A stretch of 64,000 nt of DNA, taken from Balanoglossus misakiensis (Eukaryota > Animalia > Hemichordata). The stretch spans positions 3,580,303 through 3,644,302 of the forward strand of contig CM082582.2 of NCBI GenBank assembly GCA_040954595.2. Reading direction: 5' to 3'. This document shows positions 1 to 21,600 of the stretch, one piece after another (the stretch's first letter is position 1; the number at the start of each line of letters is the position of its first letter). Both the position numbers and the translations under genes were made by a program. The notes below the pieces were generated by a model that saw only the letters and a program-made list of their open reading frames with translations, was not told where the DNA came from and searched no databases.

Positions 1-55
1 ACAGTTTGAAACAAAAATTATGATAATTATCCCAAAAGTTACAGCTTATGTGCGT
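1..55 (-). mobile_element. Terminal fragment of the TTAA-flanked MITE family seen at 9533-10036
   Basis: acagtttgaaacaaaaattatgataattatcccaaaagttacagcttatgtgc is close to the reverse complement of the left end of the 9533 element (aggcacgtaagctgtaacttttgggataattttcataatttttgtttcacactg). Confidence 0.65.
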
Positions 56-504
56 AAGTACCTAAACTTGCTAGATATGGAGCTGGGATTAAGTGTGATC
101 TTGATTGACAGTATAAATACCGTAGTCTTGATCATATCATGACCTGGTATAGTAAACACTGGTCTAAACAGTCATATGCATGGCGTAAAACAGAATACAC
201 CACGTCATTTCAGTTTTACAAGATTTGCTGGTATGCCGTAAGTGAATTGCGATTCGTGACAGAACGGTCGTTTTGAATCGATCACTGCTTCATTTCATGT
301 TTGACAGAAACCTATTAAAATCATTCTACGCTCGATTGAAGTAAATGTCCATTAGGCTTCGAAATAATCATAACTGGAGGGCTGACACTTAAGCTGGTTG
401 AAATTGTGTCGGTATTAATAATCAATCTTGATAGTTATCGACGAATAGGTAGGGAGTCGACTGGAAGTAAAATAGATAAGAGCGGGATATGGGGGTGGGG
501 TTAC

Positions 505-615
505 AACAGACAGACAGACAGACAGACGGAAATGGCGACAGATAGATAGGCGAAGACAGGCACCGACAGGAGGGAGAGACACAGACAGATACAGAGAGAC
601 ACACAGATATATAGA
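505..615. repeat. Degenerate (GACA/GATA/GA)n microsatellite
   Basis: Runs of cagacagacagac, gatagatag and gagagacacagacagatac. Confidence 0.75.
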
Positions 616-959
616 GATATTTAAATCTATATATATATTATCAGAATTGTGATTTCTTTGCTTTGAATTCGTTACGTTTGACATATTTTGGTAGCTTTGC
701 AATGAAATGCTGACTTCCTCTGTGCTTTTCCCGATATCATTTATCGACAATGACATCACAATATGTCAGTCGAAAGTAATTTTTGAGATCCTCATGCATG
801 TATATGAAGTCAGGAAGGTACAGGCTGAAGGCTTGGCTCCCTTGGGTTTCCCGTATCGTCTAACATTATACAGATGTGTTCTTACTATGAATCCAGTTTA
901 ACCGTCTACCCTTTTTTAATTGTAAGTATATCACTTGAAATAGAATGCTTCTTTTCAAT

Positions 960-1462
960 GTTCACCTCCTCACTTACAAAGCTTTGAAAGGCACCGCACC
1001 TGATTACCTAACTTCACTCATCCAATGTAATAACCCTATGAGATCTCTTCGTTCACCTGATGAGCCTACAGGCTATTGTGATCGTTCATTCTCGTGTGCC
1101 GCTTCTTAGACTCTCTCACAGCCCACGGTTCGCTACGCTCCCTAAACCGTTTGGCAAGGGAGAAGCACCGTTTGGTGTTGTGTAGCTAACCTTAGCACAC
1201 ATGCAATCAGTCCATAAGCCTGCATGGACGACGAGAGGGGCTGTGAGAGAGTCTAGCCGCTTCAACACTGTGGAAAGAACTGCCCAATAACATTCGATCA
1301 GCATCAAATACATCGTAGTTTGTACAATGCACTCAAGTTTCTAATTCTAAACTTAAGACCTATATTTTCAGAGAGAGCATACTCATGCCATACTTTGTAA
1401 AGCGCCAGTGAACATTTTGTTCATGGAAATCAGGCGATATATAAATTCATTGTCGTATGATG
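960..1462 (+). mobile_element. Degenerate 3' end of an L2/CR1-group LINE, interrupted by the element at 1107-1255
   Basis: Translates with breaks to LLTYKALKGTAPDYLTSLI..PMRSLRS..YCDRSFSCAAS/TLWKELPNNIRS..SKLKTYIFRE, resembling the L2/CR1 ORF2 C-terminus (LLTYKAL.G.AP.YL..RSLRS..DRAFSVAAP.LWN.LP..LKT.LF). It is followed by an L2-like tail, tgtaaagcgcc...aggcgatatataaat. Confidence 0.75.
1107..1255. mobile_element. Non-autonomous DNA transposon, TAG...CTA termini, 9-bp TSD
   Basis: TIR tagactctctcacagccc / gggctgtgagagagtcta; flanks gccgcttct (1098-1106) and gccgcttca (1256-1264). Confidence 0.8.
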
Positions 1463-2106
1463 AGTTTCCAGCTCTGAAGAACAGGGAATACATTGTGTGA
1501 AAAAGTAACACTTAATTTTGTATGAATTGCCCACGAGAGCTCACATGTTCCCTTGGTTTTTCCAGATTAGGAAACTTTTAAATCTTGTCTCTTAATCATA
1601 TATGGATTCGTCTATTTTGAGTTTAATGTTGAAAGTTTGCATGGATTTAACATTTTGGTCACATTTTATCTAAATGTCCTTGTATGGAAGTGATTCTCCC
1701 GGCAAAGCGCTTGCACAAACTTCATACGACTCTCCTCTGAATGCCTGAATAAGCATAAGTGACCTTCCCCACATTGCATCAGCCCCTAACTTAAAACCCC
1801 TACAGCTACCAAATTTCACATATTTTGTCCATAATAAAATACTTCAAATCTATTACCTATCTCAATAAAATCCTTACCATTAAGCCATATTTCTTGTACA
1901 TGCATTTGCATCAGTTTGTCATCTTTGGGGACAGTTACCACGATGGATGCGTATTGTTTGTATGGAGGCTGATTAAATCGGTACGGCACCGGTTTAATAC
2001 ATAGCGTGTTCAAATTGCAACACGCAGCCACAATCATCGATGAGATGTTGATGTATAGCTTCTTCTTTTCCATTTTCACGCAAGTTCTGGGCACTGCGGC
2101 GATACC

Positions 2107-3330
2107 TTTTTTTGTCTTTTATTGTAAAAAAAACGGAAATTTCGTTCCAAAGAGAGAAAAGCAAATAGAAGTATTACAAAAATTTTACAAAAGAAAGTAG
2201 ATTACAGGCAAGTATAAATATAAATCGGTTACATAATATTGTGGACCTTATCAAAAATTTTTAACATGTTATCTCTTTTGTAAATTTCTTTTTCAAAATG
2301 ATGTCTTAACATAAACTCGTTCTTAAGAATTATTTCAATAGGTGTCTTTCTCTCTGTGACCCAATATTTGTGTATGCTCCATTTACCAAGAAGAATTAGC
2401 AGCTTTACAAAATTGTGGTACTTTTTGGGAACAGTGTCAATTGAAATACATGTGAAAATAATATGGGATACAGTTAAGTGTGTATTACGATTGAGGAGGC
2501 TGGTTACAATAAAACCAATTTTCCTCCAGCATTTCTCAGCAATTTGACAATACAAATATCTGTGTTCAAGAGAGTCAATTTGATGACAGCTCTTACAATA
2601 CATAGAATCAACCTTTTTCCAGAAAAATAAATACTTGTTGCAAGGAAGTAGACGATGTAAGAGTTTCCACTGAAATTCTCTCAACTTTGTTTCCTTAGTG
2701 ACGGCATAAAATTCCCAGATTTTGCAGTCACTTATGGTTTCATGTACGTCTATGTTTAGCTTCTGAGACCATTTAACGAGTGGATTTTTTGGGCATGTTG
2801 TACATGACTGTACAAGCGAACAGTAAAATGCATTACATGTAAGCTTACGAAGTGGTGGATCATAATCATTGACAGGCGAAATTGCATAAAAACATCTGAA
2901 TTTTCTAGACCAACCAAACACAGTTTGATGGCCGACACTAGTAAAACTGCGATTTACGCTATACCATGCATTTAGAACGTTTACATAGAACTGTGGTAGA
3001 AGACATATAACGTGATCTGGAACCTCACTCCAAATAACATAGTGCTTTAATAAGCTGGTGGTATCATCTAGCTGGAAATATGAATGTGGTATTACAGTCC
3101 ATGTGGCATCTGTACAGTCAAGCAATCGCTTGACCCACATTGCTTGCAATGCTTGCACCTGACACATCACAATAATATGTTTAACACCACCCTTGTGATG
3201 CTCTTTTTCAAGCACCTTGTTTGACAAAATTCTCTTGCGTTTTACAAAGTTGTCAATCAACTCCTGCACCCTATATCATTTGGCATGCCGATTACGGAGT
3301 GTTGGTGTATACCTATCAGTAAGCTTTTTT
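2107..3330 (-). mobile_element. 5'-truncated L1/Tx1-clade LINE (ORF2 C-terminus with zf-RVT-like zinc finger, 3'UTR, A-tail)
   Basis: ORF 2229..3269 contains WVKRLL, LPQFYVNVLNAW, ETKLREFQWKLLHRLLPCNKYL and CKSC..DSLEH..YC...KCW, typical of the Tx1/L1 C-terminus. Downstream on - are AATAAA (2118-2123) and an A-run (2107-2113). No RT or endonuclease core is present. Confidence 0.85.
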
Positions 3331-3520
3331 CTATGTACCAATTTCAGTGGAAAATAAAATCATGGAAATAATTTAAAGGTGGCAGCTCTAGAGGCTTTAA
3401 TTCTGTTGGGTTTCTTGCCATGATTCAGGGATGGCTTTGTTAAAAGAGATATGGACATTGTTTTACATTGTACTGCTCTCAATTTCCTTTGAAAACCTGA
3501 CAACCAACGACTCGGTCAAG

Positions 3521-7520
<4,000 letters not shown>

Positions 7521-7653
7521 AGACCACAAAGTGGCTGAAAACGTCCTAGCCCAGTGTTGATGCTTTATAGAACTGTTCAATTTATTTCAAATAAAATCTG
7601 CTGAAATGAGCATGCATACATTAATATCATACACCGTTTCACGAATCTTTCAA

Positions 7654-7654
7654 T

Positions 7655-7712
<58 letters not shown>
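7654..7712. repeat. (TTTA)n microsatellite
   Basis: tttatttatttattt... run. Confidence 0.95.
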
Positions 7713-7713
<1 letters not shown>

Positions 7714-7896
7714 CACTCAATTTCTAACACACAATAAAAAAAAAACCACAGTGGAATACGGTTCTAAATAAATACATTCAGTAAACGTTTAAACTTATTT
7801 TCACTGTATATACGCGTTTTCGGGCTTCCGGTAGGCAATTCCACGCTTTTGTCGCTCTAAAAGTAGCTTTCGGGTATTCAGCATAATCCGCTTTTA

Positions 7897-8160
7897 GGGA
7901 CCGTTCAGTTTTTACGGCCGGGGGCGGCAAAATCCAGGGGGGGGGGGGGGGTCACTTAAATTTTGAAGTCCACAAGGGGGTGGTCATCTGGTTTTTTTAA
8001 ACGTTTAGGGGGGGTCACTTACTTTTGCCACAAAACTTTTGCTTTTGAGTCCACAAAATTGCAGTTTCGCGCCCTTTATTTTACAAAAGTTTTCTAATGT
8101 GGGATCAAGCCCCCCGTCAGCGATAAACCAACTCACTAGGGCTACAATTATTGCAGCTAG
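7897..8160 (-). mobile_element. Truncated, inverted copy of the right end of the 4396-5226 element
   Basis: tta+gggaccgttcagtttttacggcc...gtcacttaaattttgaagtccacaag...ttgcagctag is the reverse complement of ~4954-5226. Confidence 0.85.
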
Positions 8161-9532
8161 AAGACAGCCTGCCTCAGGTATTGAGGGAAATCTGTACACG
8201 TCATGAAACGCGTTGACTGTATGGACACAGAACAGAGCGCGGGAAGCGGGCGAGCGACAGGAATGTTTATGAACATTTTTGTGGATGAAGTGGTATAGCT
8301 AGCAATTAGTGCGGGGGGAGGGGGTGAGTTAAAAGACGTGGAGGGGTCCTGGGGAGTCCTGAGCTGCTGTCTATAGTCATGCGTGATCTTTCAGCGTCGA
8401 TTGCTCCTTGTCGATCCTCTGTTCTCTGTTCTATCTCGGTCCCCTATTGTCCTCCGTTTCACCCTCACTTTCTCCTATTGTTTTACCGCACGTTGCTGCC
8501 AGTCATGTAATACGAATGCTTTCGTGGTGTGGGCTTGAGAACAGCATGGACAAAATCTTGATGTGACTGTGAATTGGTGTCCTTTGCTGGATTTTCTGGC
8601 GTGCCCACAGCCCCTCTTCAACGTCAGATTGATGTCATAACAGGAACTTGGAAATTGCATGGTGAAACTGTTTTGACCATTTATAACTGTCATTTCAAAT
8701 TCCGAAAAAAGGCAACATAATTTAAGGCATAAATGTTTACTTGGGTCAAATAATTTGCCACGCGTAAAAGATTTATTAGAAGTGGCAGAGACCAAGGTGA
8801 TTAAACTGGTTTCTACGAAGGTAGCTCCACATGGCTAAGGGTAAACTATTCGTTCCGGACAGCATAATCATTTCCTTGCATACACTTGCACCTGCACCAT
8901 TAACTAGTTACAGACTTTCCCAATGAGTCATTAGTTTTTCGAAGGAAATTATATTTTGGAAGTCTGATAGTACTCTAGATCGACTAGGTAGCTAATGATC
9001 GTGTAAAGAAAGTACAGTCAAATCAAGTATTTTGCAGCTGACCGTTGGGAACTCGATAGAAAGGAGGGGAGTAGGGATTGCACGAAATATGGCGATCCAG
9101 CCCCTTTCAAAATGCCCCACTGTAATTTCACTCCTTATACATGTTCTATAGAACATTCGTGTCTATCTTCATGTTAAGTTTTTGTATGAATAAAAAAAAA
9201 GAAAAAAAAAGGTGAATGCTGCTTTGCACTGCATATCCTGGTCGGTCCCATCAAAAGGTAACATTTTTACACTATAAATGTCAACGTTTTTTGTGGTCAA
9301 TGTTTGCCCTCTACCCTGATAAAGTGTCAAAAGAATGTGTTTCTCCCTTTTCTCAATAACAAAGTGTGAAGAGGGTCACTGTCTGTGGCCGCACCTGGAC
9401 AGTTTTGTGTTCATCCTATGCTATTGAAGTTTGCCCCAGCAGAGGACACCACAATTATCTAAAGAAGTATGTCTGGGATTTCTAACTGAGTTTTTTCATA
9501 GCAAAATCTTAAAGTCGATAGTCTAGGGTTAA

Positions 9533-10036
9533 AGGCACGTAAGCTGTAACTTTTGGGATAATTTTCATAATTTTTGTTTCACACTGCACTACCATTAGTC
9601 CATGCAGATGAAGGCAGTGAACTATACACAAGCATTATAAACCCTAAATATGAGTACATATGCAAGTTTTAACCAGATAAATAATAAAGCTTTGCCGCAA
9701 GCGATTATGGCCGCCATCGTGGGAAAATGAAAGAAACAATGAAAATGTCGCATTTCCGGTTGTGAAACTTCATAAACAAAACATGATCTCATCCACTTGA
9801 GCTCATGGAAGTAAATGTACACCACTGAGACATCAGATTTTCATTTTTCATTGCAATATTGCACTTTTTTAAAAATTTCAGGAATTTTCGTTTTTCTTTA
9901 ATTTTTGGCCATTTTGTCATAAATAAGTGTTGAGCTTGATATATTATCATGAAATAGCATTTAATAGATATAATTAAAAGCATATATGAGATTATTTAAA
10001 ACATTGATTTTTTATCCAGTTGCAGCTTACGTGCCT
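9533..10036. mobile_element. TTAA-flanked MITE with AG...CT termini (Kolobok-like)
   Basis: ttaa|aggcacgtaagctgtaact ... agttgcagcttacgtgcct|ttaa. A partial homolog lies at ~41930-42220. Confidence 0.8.
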
Positions 10037-10224
10037 TTAATTCACTGCTCCAGAAGTTTTCGCGTCATAAAAATCAAATACAAACACATGTACAGTAGGT
10101 TTATCTACTTAAACCTTTGGCAATGTTTCAAAGTAGGATAAACCATATGAAAATCATTCGCTCTTTGTCGCGAAATTCAGTTTTTATATATTACATTTGA
10201 CGCTAGCTTTTTGTATGTGTCGCG

Positions 10225-15936
<5,712 letters not shown>

Positions 15937-16904
15937 TAGAGTAGTAGAATCATGGGCATCACTCATCACCTTTCAGACTCAATTTTGACAGCCAAAATGT
16001 TAATGCATAGACGACCAATTAGACTTTTTCATTCAAAGCATTTCTAATCTCAGTGACTGACCACATCACAGGTCTTTTTCTATTGAATATTGAATATACA
16101 TGTAATGTTAAAGGACTGCATGTCACTTGTTATGCACAATATGAAGTATAGGACAGTGTAATTTTTAAAACAAAGTTCGAAACTACAGTATGTGGATGCA
16201 AACTGTATTCTTGGGCTAACCCCTAATATTTACAAATCATAAACAATGATCCAACACAGTTTAAAACTAATGAAAACACAACTCAGGATCGTGACATACA
16301 TTATTTGTAAAAAAACGCATTGTTAGATCTTGCTTGATTACGGCTGCATATGTGAGCTGTTGTTTGTTCCCCCCATGGAGTTGAATAGAATTAAAAAAAC
16401 TTGGTCCAATGACCAGGGATAATTATTTTTGTCATGTGCTTAAGCTCCGAGAAGCACTATAAATCATCTTCATTTATTATTTAATATTTCTGATGAAAGA
16501 CTGGCAATTAGATAACGCAAAAGCAAATTATAGCAAAAGAGTTTAATCTTTTTATTTTTTTCTTTATATTTTTAATCAACACTTAAGATTTCACAAATTT
16601 CACACTAACAGAAATATCTCTAATTGAAAGGATGCAAGAGTCCATCTTTGTGAAAAAAAAAGTGACTCACCATTAAAAACCTTTAAAGGAGACACTTTCT
16701 TTGTTATGAAAATCGTCAGCATACTGCTTGGTTAACTTGTAACCTTTTTGAAATCTTCAAACATGTATAACTTGTCTTATCTTCAAGTCATTTCAAATTT
16801 TCATGTGATGCTATAAATGTTGAAATGTTTTGTGACAAAATGAGTGTATTTTGTCAATAAAGTACTTACACTGGAACAAATTTCAGTTGAATTTGGCTCA
16901 TTGT

Positions 16905-17460
16905 CATTTTTTTTATTTCATTTCATTTCAATTGCAATAGAAATACATTGCAATATGCACAGAGTCTTGGTCCCCTTATGGCATATGGGCAACAGTGACC
17001 ATTTCGTCCAGTCCCCCTGACATCAAATGGGGATAGCTTCACGTCATTTACTATTGCTATTATTCGTGATTTTAAATTTGCGTCTATCTCTGTTAAATGT
17101 CATTTGTTTTCTTTATTTTGTGATATCCCATATTGCTCTTACTTATGGAGTACTTTTTCTGTGTGTATTTTTAATGCAGTTAGGAGAGCTTACTCCCAGG
17201 TTTTCCGTAAATTGTCTGGTTTTAAACATTCTTTTATTCAGAGCAACAGTGCGATGTTTGTTAATCTTTCTATTTTAACTTTTGATGAAATACTCCGAAA
17301 GAAATCATTCAGCTTTTTAAGCAGACTCCACCTCTCAAGTAATCCACTTGTAGCCAGTGTATGTTCTCAAATAGTGGACTTTGGAAGGTTTGGAGTAGAC
17401 GATTGTTTTGATGTTTTTTATGGTGTTTTGTTTTGGTATGGATTATTTTATAATCTGAAA
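16905..17460 (-). mobile_element. Possible degenerate CR1/L2-group LINE 3' fragment
   Basis: The - strand reads PSPLFENIHWLQVD (cf. TPLL..LHWLPV) and ends in gaaatgaaatgaaataaaaaaa; many stops. Confidence 0.35.
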
Positions 17461-17639
17461 TAAAGATGTAATAATAATAATAATAATTGTGGTGGGGTGG
17501 GGCAATTATGTAACCTGCATTCTGGTGGTGAATGATTTACAATGAAATTCTGCATACCTCAATATCTTTAAAAAAATCAAAATAACATTTGAATAAATTA
17601 AAATGAAAGGACATTGTAAAAGTTGGTAGCGAAAACTGA

Positions 17640-17930
17640 AGGGTGTGGGGCGGGCCCAGGTGTCCCCCCCCCCCCCAGGTTAAAAAACAACTAAATTGCA
17701 GAGCTCAAAGCTGCATTTTAATGAACTTAATATTAAAAGTAAATTAACTCAATGTTGGGGAGGACAAATTTTATCTTTCCCTCACAAAGTTATCATCGGG
17801 AGGGGGGGGGGGGGGGGCAAAGTACTCTACCTGGTACACTAGATAAACCAACCAATAATGAAATGTGGTGAAGAATGAAGGGGTGGGTGTGGGAGGGAGA
17901 GTGGGCGGGGCAAAAGTTGTGGGCCGGGCT
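17640..17930 (+). mobile_element. Fragment sharing the internal core of the Harbinger-like elements at 4396 and 26706
   Basis: gagctcaaagctgcattttaatgaact...aaattaactcaatgttggggaggacaaattt...acctggtacactagataaacca...ggggtgggtgtgggaggg. Confidence 0.7.
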
Positions 17931-17999
17931 CCAAGACTGCTCCACAACTGTGATCTTAATTTACGTTCAACACTCGCCCCTGGCTTGTTGTCTTTATTC

Positions 18000-18674
18000 A
18001 TCCATGCAGAACGCCGATTTTTTACGCCATCGACGTACTTCCTTATCGAAAAAACTCAAAGTGCAAAGGGGACCCATCACCAATGCGCCAGCTAGCGTCG
18101 TCGTACTGATGACCGAGGAACAACCCGGAAGTGACTGGAAAAAACAATAGCCTTGCGTTCTGCAAGTGACATTGCTACTCGAGATTGGTTGTTCCTTTTC
18201 AGTCGAAGGTGTCGTTTTCCTCCCGGTTTTAGTCGACATTGTATCCCTTGACGTTTATTACCCGAAGACAGAACTAATTACCGACCAAAACAAGCGAAGC
18301 AGGCCACGGACACATCATCAACCAACAGTCCGAGATTCAACTTGGATTTCTTGCCCCTGGATTAGTTCATTACTGTAAGGGTGAGGCAGCCTGAATCTGA
18401 ACCGCACCTAAACCGTACAATCTCTACCCTAATAAGCGTGTTAAATTCGGATCGATCATCACATCAATTCTATCTTCATTAATTAACGAAATTTCATAAG
18501 ATGTTGGCATCAACATTAGTTTGATTCTGATTTCCCTCTGATTTGGATCGTACCAATTTTCCTGGAATTACTCACTGTTTCGTACGATCACACATAAAAG
18601 AACGGTAGTCCGGAGGAGGCCAGAGAATATAGAAACACGCGACCTGACCCCATATGCGCTAGTTAGCTCTCAAC
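18000..18674 (+). promoter_or_regulatory. CpG-rich promoter/5'UTR region of PLC-gamma
   Basis: CpG-dense relative to the introns; ETS/GABP-type ccggaagtg (~18125-18133); aacatggccgc (YY1-like) at the start codon. Confidence 0.5.
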
Positions 18675-21600
18675 ATGGCCGCTCCAGGTCTAGCCAATGG
18701 TGATATAAGTTTACAGGAGTTGAACGAACTGCTCCGTAAGCTGGAGCTTGGCACCGTGCTGACGAAATTCTTCCCGAAGAAACGACCGGAGAGGAGAACG
18801 TTCCAGGTGAAATTAGAAACACGACAGATCATCTGGAGCCGGGTTCTTGGGAGGCCCGAAGGCGCGGGTAAGTTCACACACAGTGCTATATCATCCATAC
18901 GAAGTGAGAGGCACCTCCAGACCAAAATCAAATGGTTCTTGACTGTGTAGCAAAGGAACTATTTTGAAGGAAACCAGGCCGATATCAGTTTAAACCAACT
19001 TACGCATAAATATTTATCGGTAATAACATGAATACTGCACATTGACCCTACTCAGTTACTGAATCAGATCGAACACCGGTGGTTACAGTGATTGTCAATA
19101 ACGTGATTTTTATTATAGCCACTCATAATTCATATTGTTTATTTTTCGTACTGTGTCATGCTTTAATAGTCGCCGGACAATCGAAAGGTCATTCAGTTCA
19201 TCAAAAATGACACGAACTGCGAGTTCCATTGTGACACCTCACTCTGACTTCCGGGAGTTCGGAATACCAAGCAAGAACGCAAACAAACATGTATTAATTA
19301 CATCGACGAAGAAATAACCAGCTGACGAAATGCAAACTAATTCACTCGATTAAAATATTTGTACGAGAAGCGTGTGTGGGTGAAGATGTGCGGGGGTGTT
19401 TACATTTGAGAACCATTGAAATCAATTAAACTAAAAGATTAATTATGTGTGACATAACTTATCAATCATATAACGGTTATATGCATAACAGTAAAATCTT
19501 TATTTATGTATATTGATATTTAACAATTGACTGGACATATATTTTGTCATGGTTTAATATGGAAATCAATTTTCTTTTGGTTTAGAATATCAGTATATTG
19601 TTTTAATCCCCCATTTGTTAGTGGTGGGAGTATATACACCTATGGTATCTGTCAGGTCTGTGTGTCTGTCTGTTTGCCACTATTCATATTGTATGGCAGA
19701 GCTGTGTGTTACCAACTGTGCTTCCAACCAGTAGCCTGGTAGGTGTTGTTGGTAACAACACATTCCTGTTACTACACAGAGGTTCAGTGTGTTGCTACCA
19801 AATATATGTCTATTTTTTTAAATTATTTAAATTTGAATGTTTACATTTTTTTCTGAGAAGAATCATTAAAGGGACAAAGTCTCTCTCAAAATGAATAATC
19901 GGTCTCTACCATTTATTCATTTTGGCGAGATTTTTACTCTCATATCCTACAAACGGGGTGGAAGTTATGTGTGGTCGAATGTTGATTCACTATATATCCA
20001 CATGTAGAATAACATAAACGCTGTCTTGTATCAATTAGTGGAAAAAGGGCAGTGAGAGAGAGACTTTGTCGACCCTTTAAACCTATTTGCTTTAAAAACT
20101 TAGTGGTGCGCACTCCACGACTGTTATAGAACTCTTGCCTATCAACACATGTTGTTTTTTTTGCAATTGAAAATGATAGAAGTCAATTACATGTATAACC
20201 AGAGTACTTTGACAGTATGCTGGGCAGTATGCAAATAGCAAAATTTCAAAAATGAAGACCAAAATGCTAGACTGTGTGTGGAGTGAACAAAGCCAAAATA
20301 ACACACAAGTCTGGATTCTAGACTACTTGTAATCAGGATCCTGAAAAAAGTAGAACCATTGGCATCATAACCGTTTTGTTTTCCATATAAATGCACATTG
20401 TTATAAATGAGCAAATCTTGCAAAGTTGATCAGGCATACTTTACATGATAGCCACTTTTTAAGGCAGCAGAGTTGAAAGTACTTATAAAAGCTATCATTC
20501 ATGCATATGGGCTAGGAGGAAGTTACACATACAAAACTACATGGCTCTTCATAGTAAAACATACACAAATGTATAATGAAAGTGACCTTGGTTCAGCAGA
20601 TATCCCTAATTTGTATACTAAAATGCCACTTTGGTAATATTCATTAATTGTTATTATACAATAGTGATGAATATTTGAATTCATTATAAAGAATAACAAT
20701 TGTCAATGTTACCGATCGATGTCTGTGTATGGCATGGTCCCATGTGTGCCTGGTAAGTACTGAAAGTAGGAAATATGATATTAGTGTCCATAGTTCCTCC
20801 TTGCTTTGACACTAACAGATAAATTGGCTGTTTACATTTATGCCATGGTACAGATAGATACAAAATCTTGATAGATGATCACATAAATACATACATGTAG
20901 TCTAGTATCTAGCTGGGTTTTATTCATTTTGCTCCAAGCAAAGCAGACAAAACCTGGCTATACTACACACAATGCATACAATGTAACATATATAGTGTAA
21001 ACAAATAAGTAAATAAAACCTGCAGTGTAAATGCAAAAGGTAAATAAATACATAAAAAGCAAAAGAACTGTTTCTATGTATGTCAAATGTACATTGTATA
21101 AAAAAAAACTGCGTATGTAAATTTCTATCTACTAATTTACTGAGTTAATTGCAGTGAAGTTTCACAAGAAGGCTGCCAGTACACTACACTTGTTTAGGTG
21201 ATTATTGCAAATTTTATGGGAATATGGATAGAGTTCAAAGATGAGAGATTTGGTGACAGACAGATCATCCAGTTCCATGGTGTATCATTCAGACTTCACT
21301 ACAAATATTGGAAAAACACATTTAAGGCGCTTTCCCTGGTCTGGATTGCAGTTCATGTATATCACACGTTTGACAGTGCTAAGGGATTCTTGTAGTCAAC
21401 GTACTGTAACATTCAGATAATACTATGAAATGTGTTAAATCATGTTTTTTTTACTTACATGCTCACAGGTAAATTTTACATTTTTCAAGTAAACGTCTTA
21501 TGAATTATACGGATAAGATAATTACATTAGGAAATGAGTCTTGTAAATATCTTTGTATTCAAATGTACTGATAAAATTGATAAAATAAAAAAATTATTAT

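Noticed and set aside
415-759. ORFs 415..759 and 422..604
   Set aside because: Derived from the GACA/GATA microsatellite; no domain signal.
1816-2094. 92-aa - strand ORF downstream of the LINE
   Set aside because: Only a vague resemblance to LINE ORF2 segments; no motif I can support.
20898-20965. Possible further TAG...CTA mini element
   Set aside because: Short, imperfect inverted repeats and no matching TSD.
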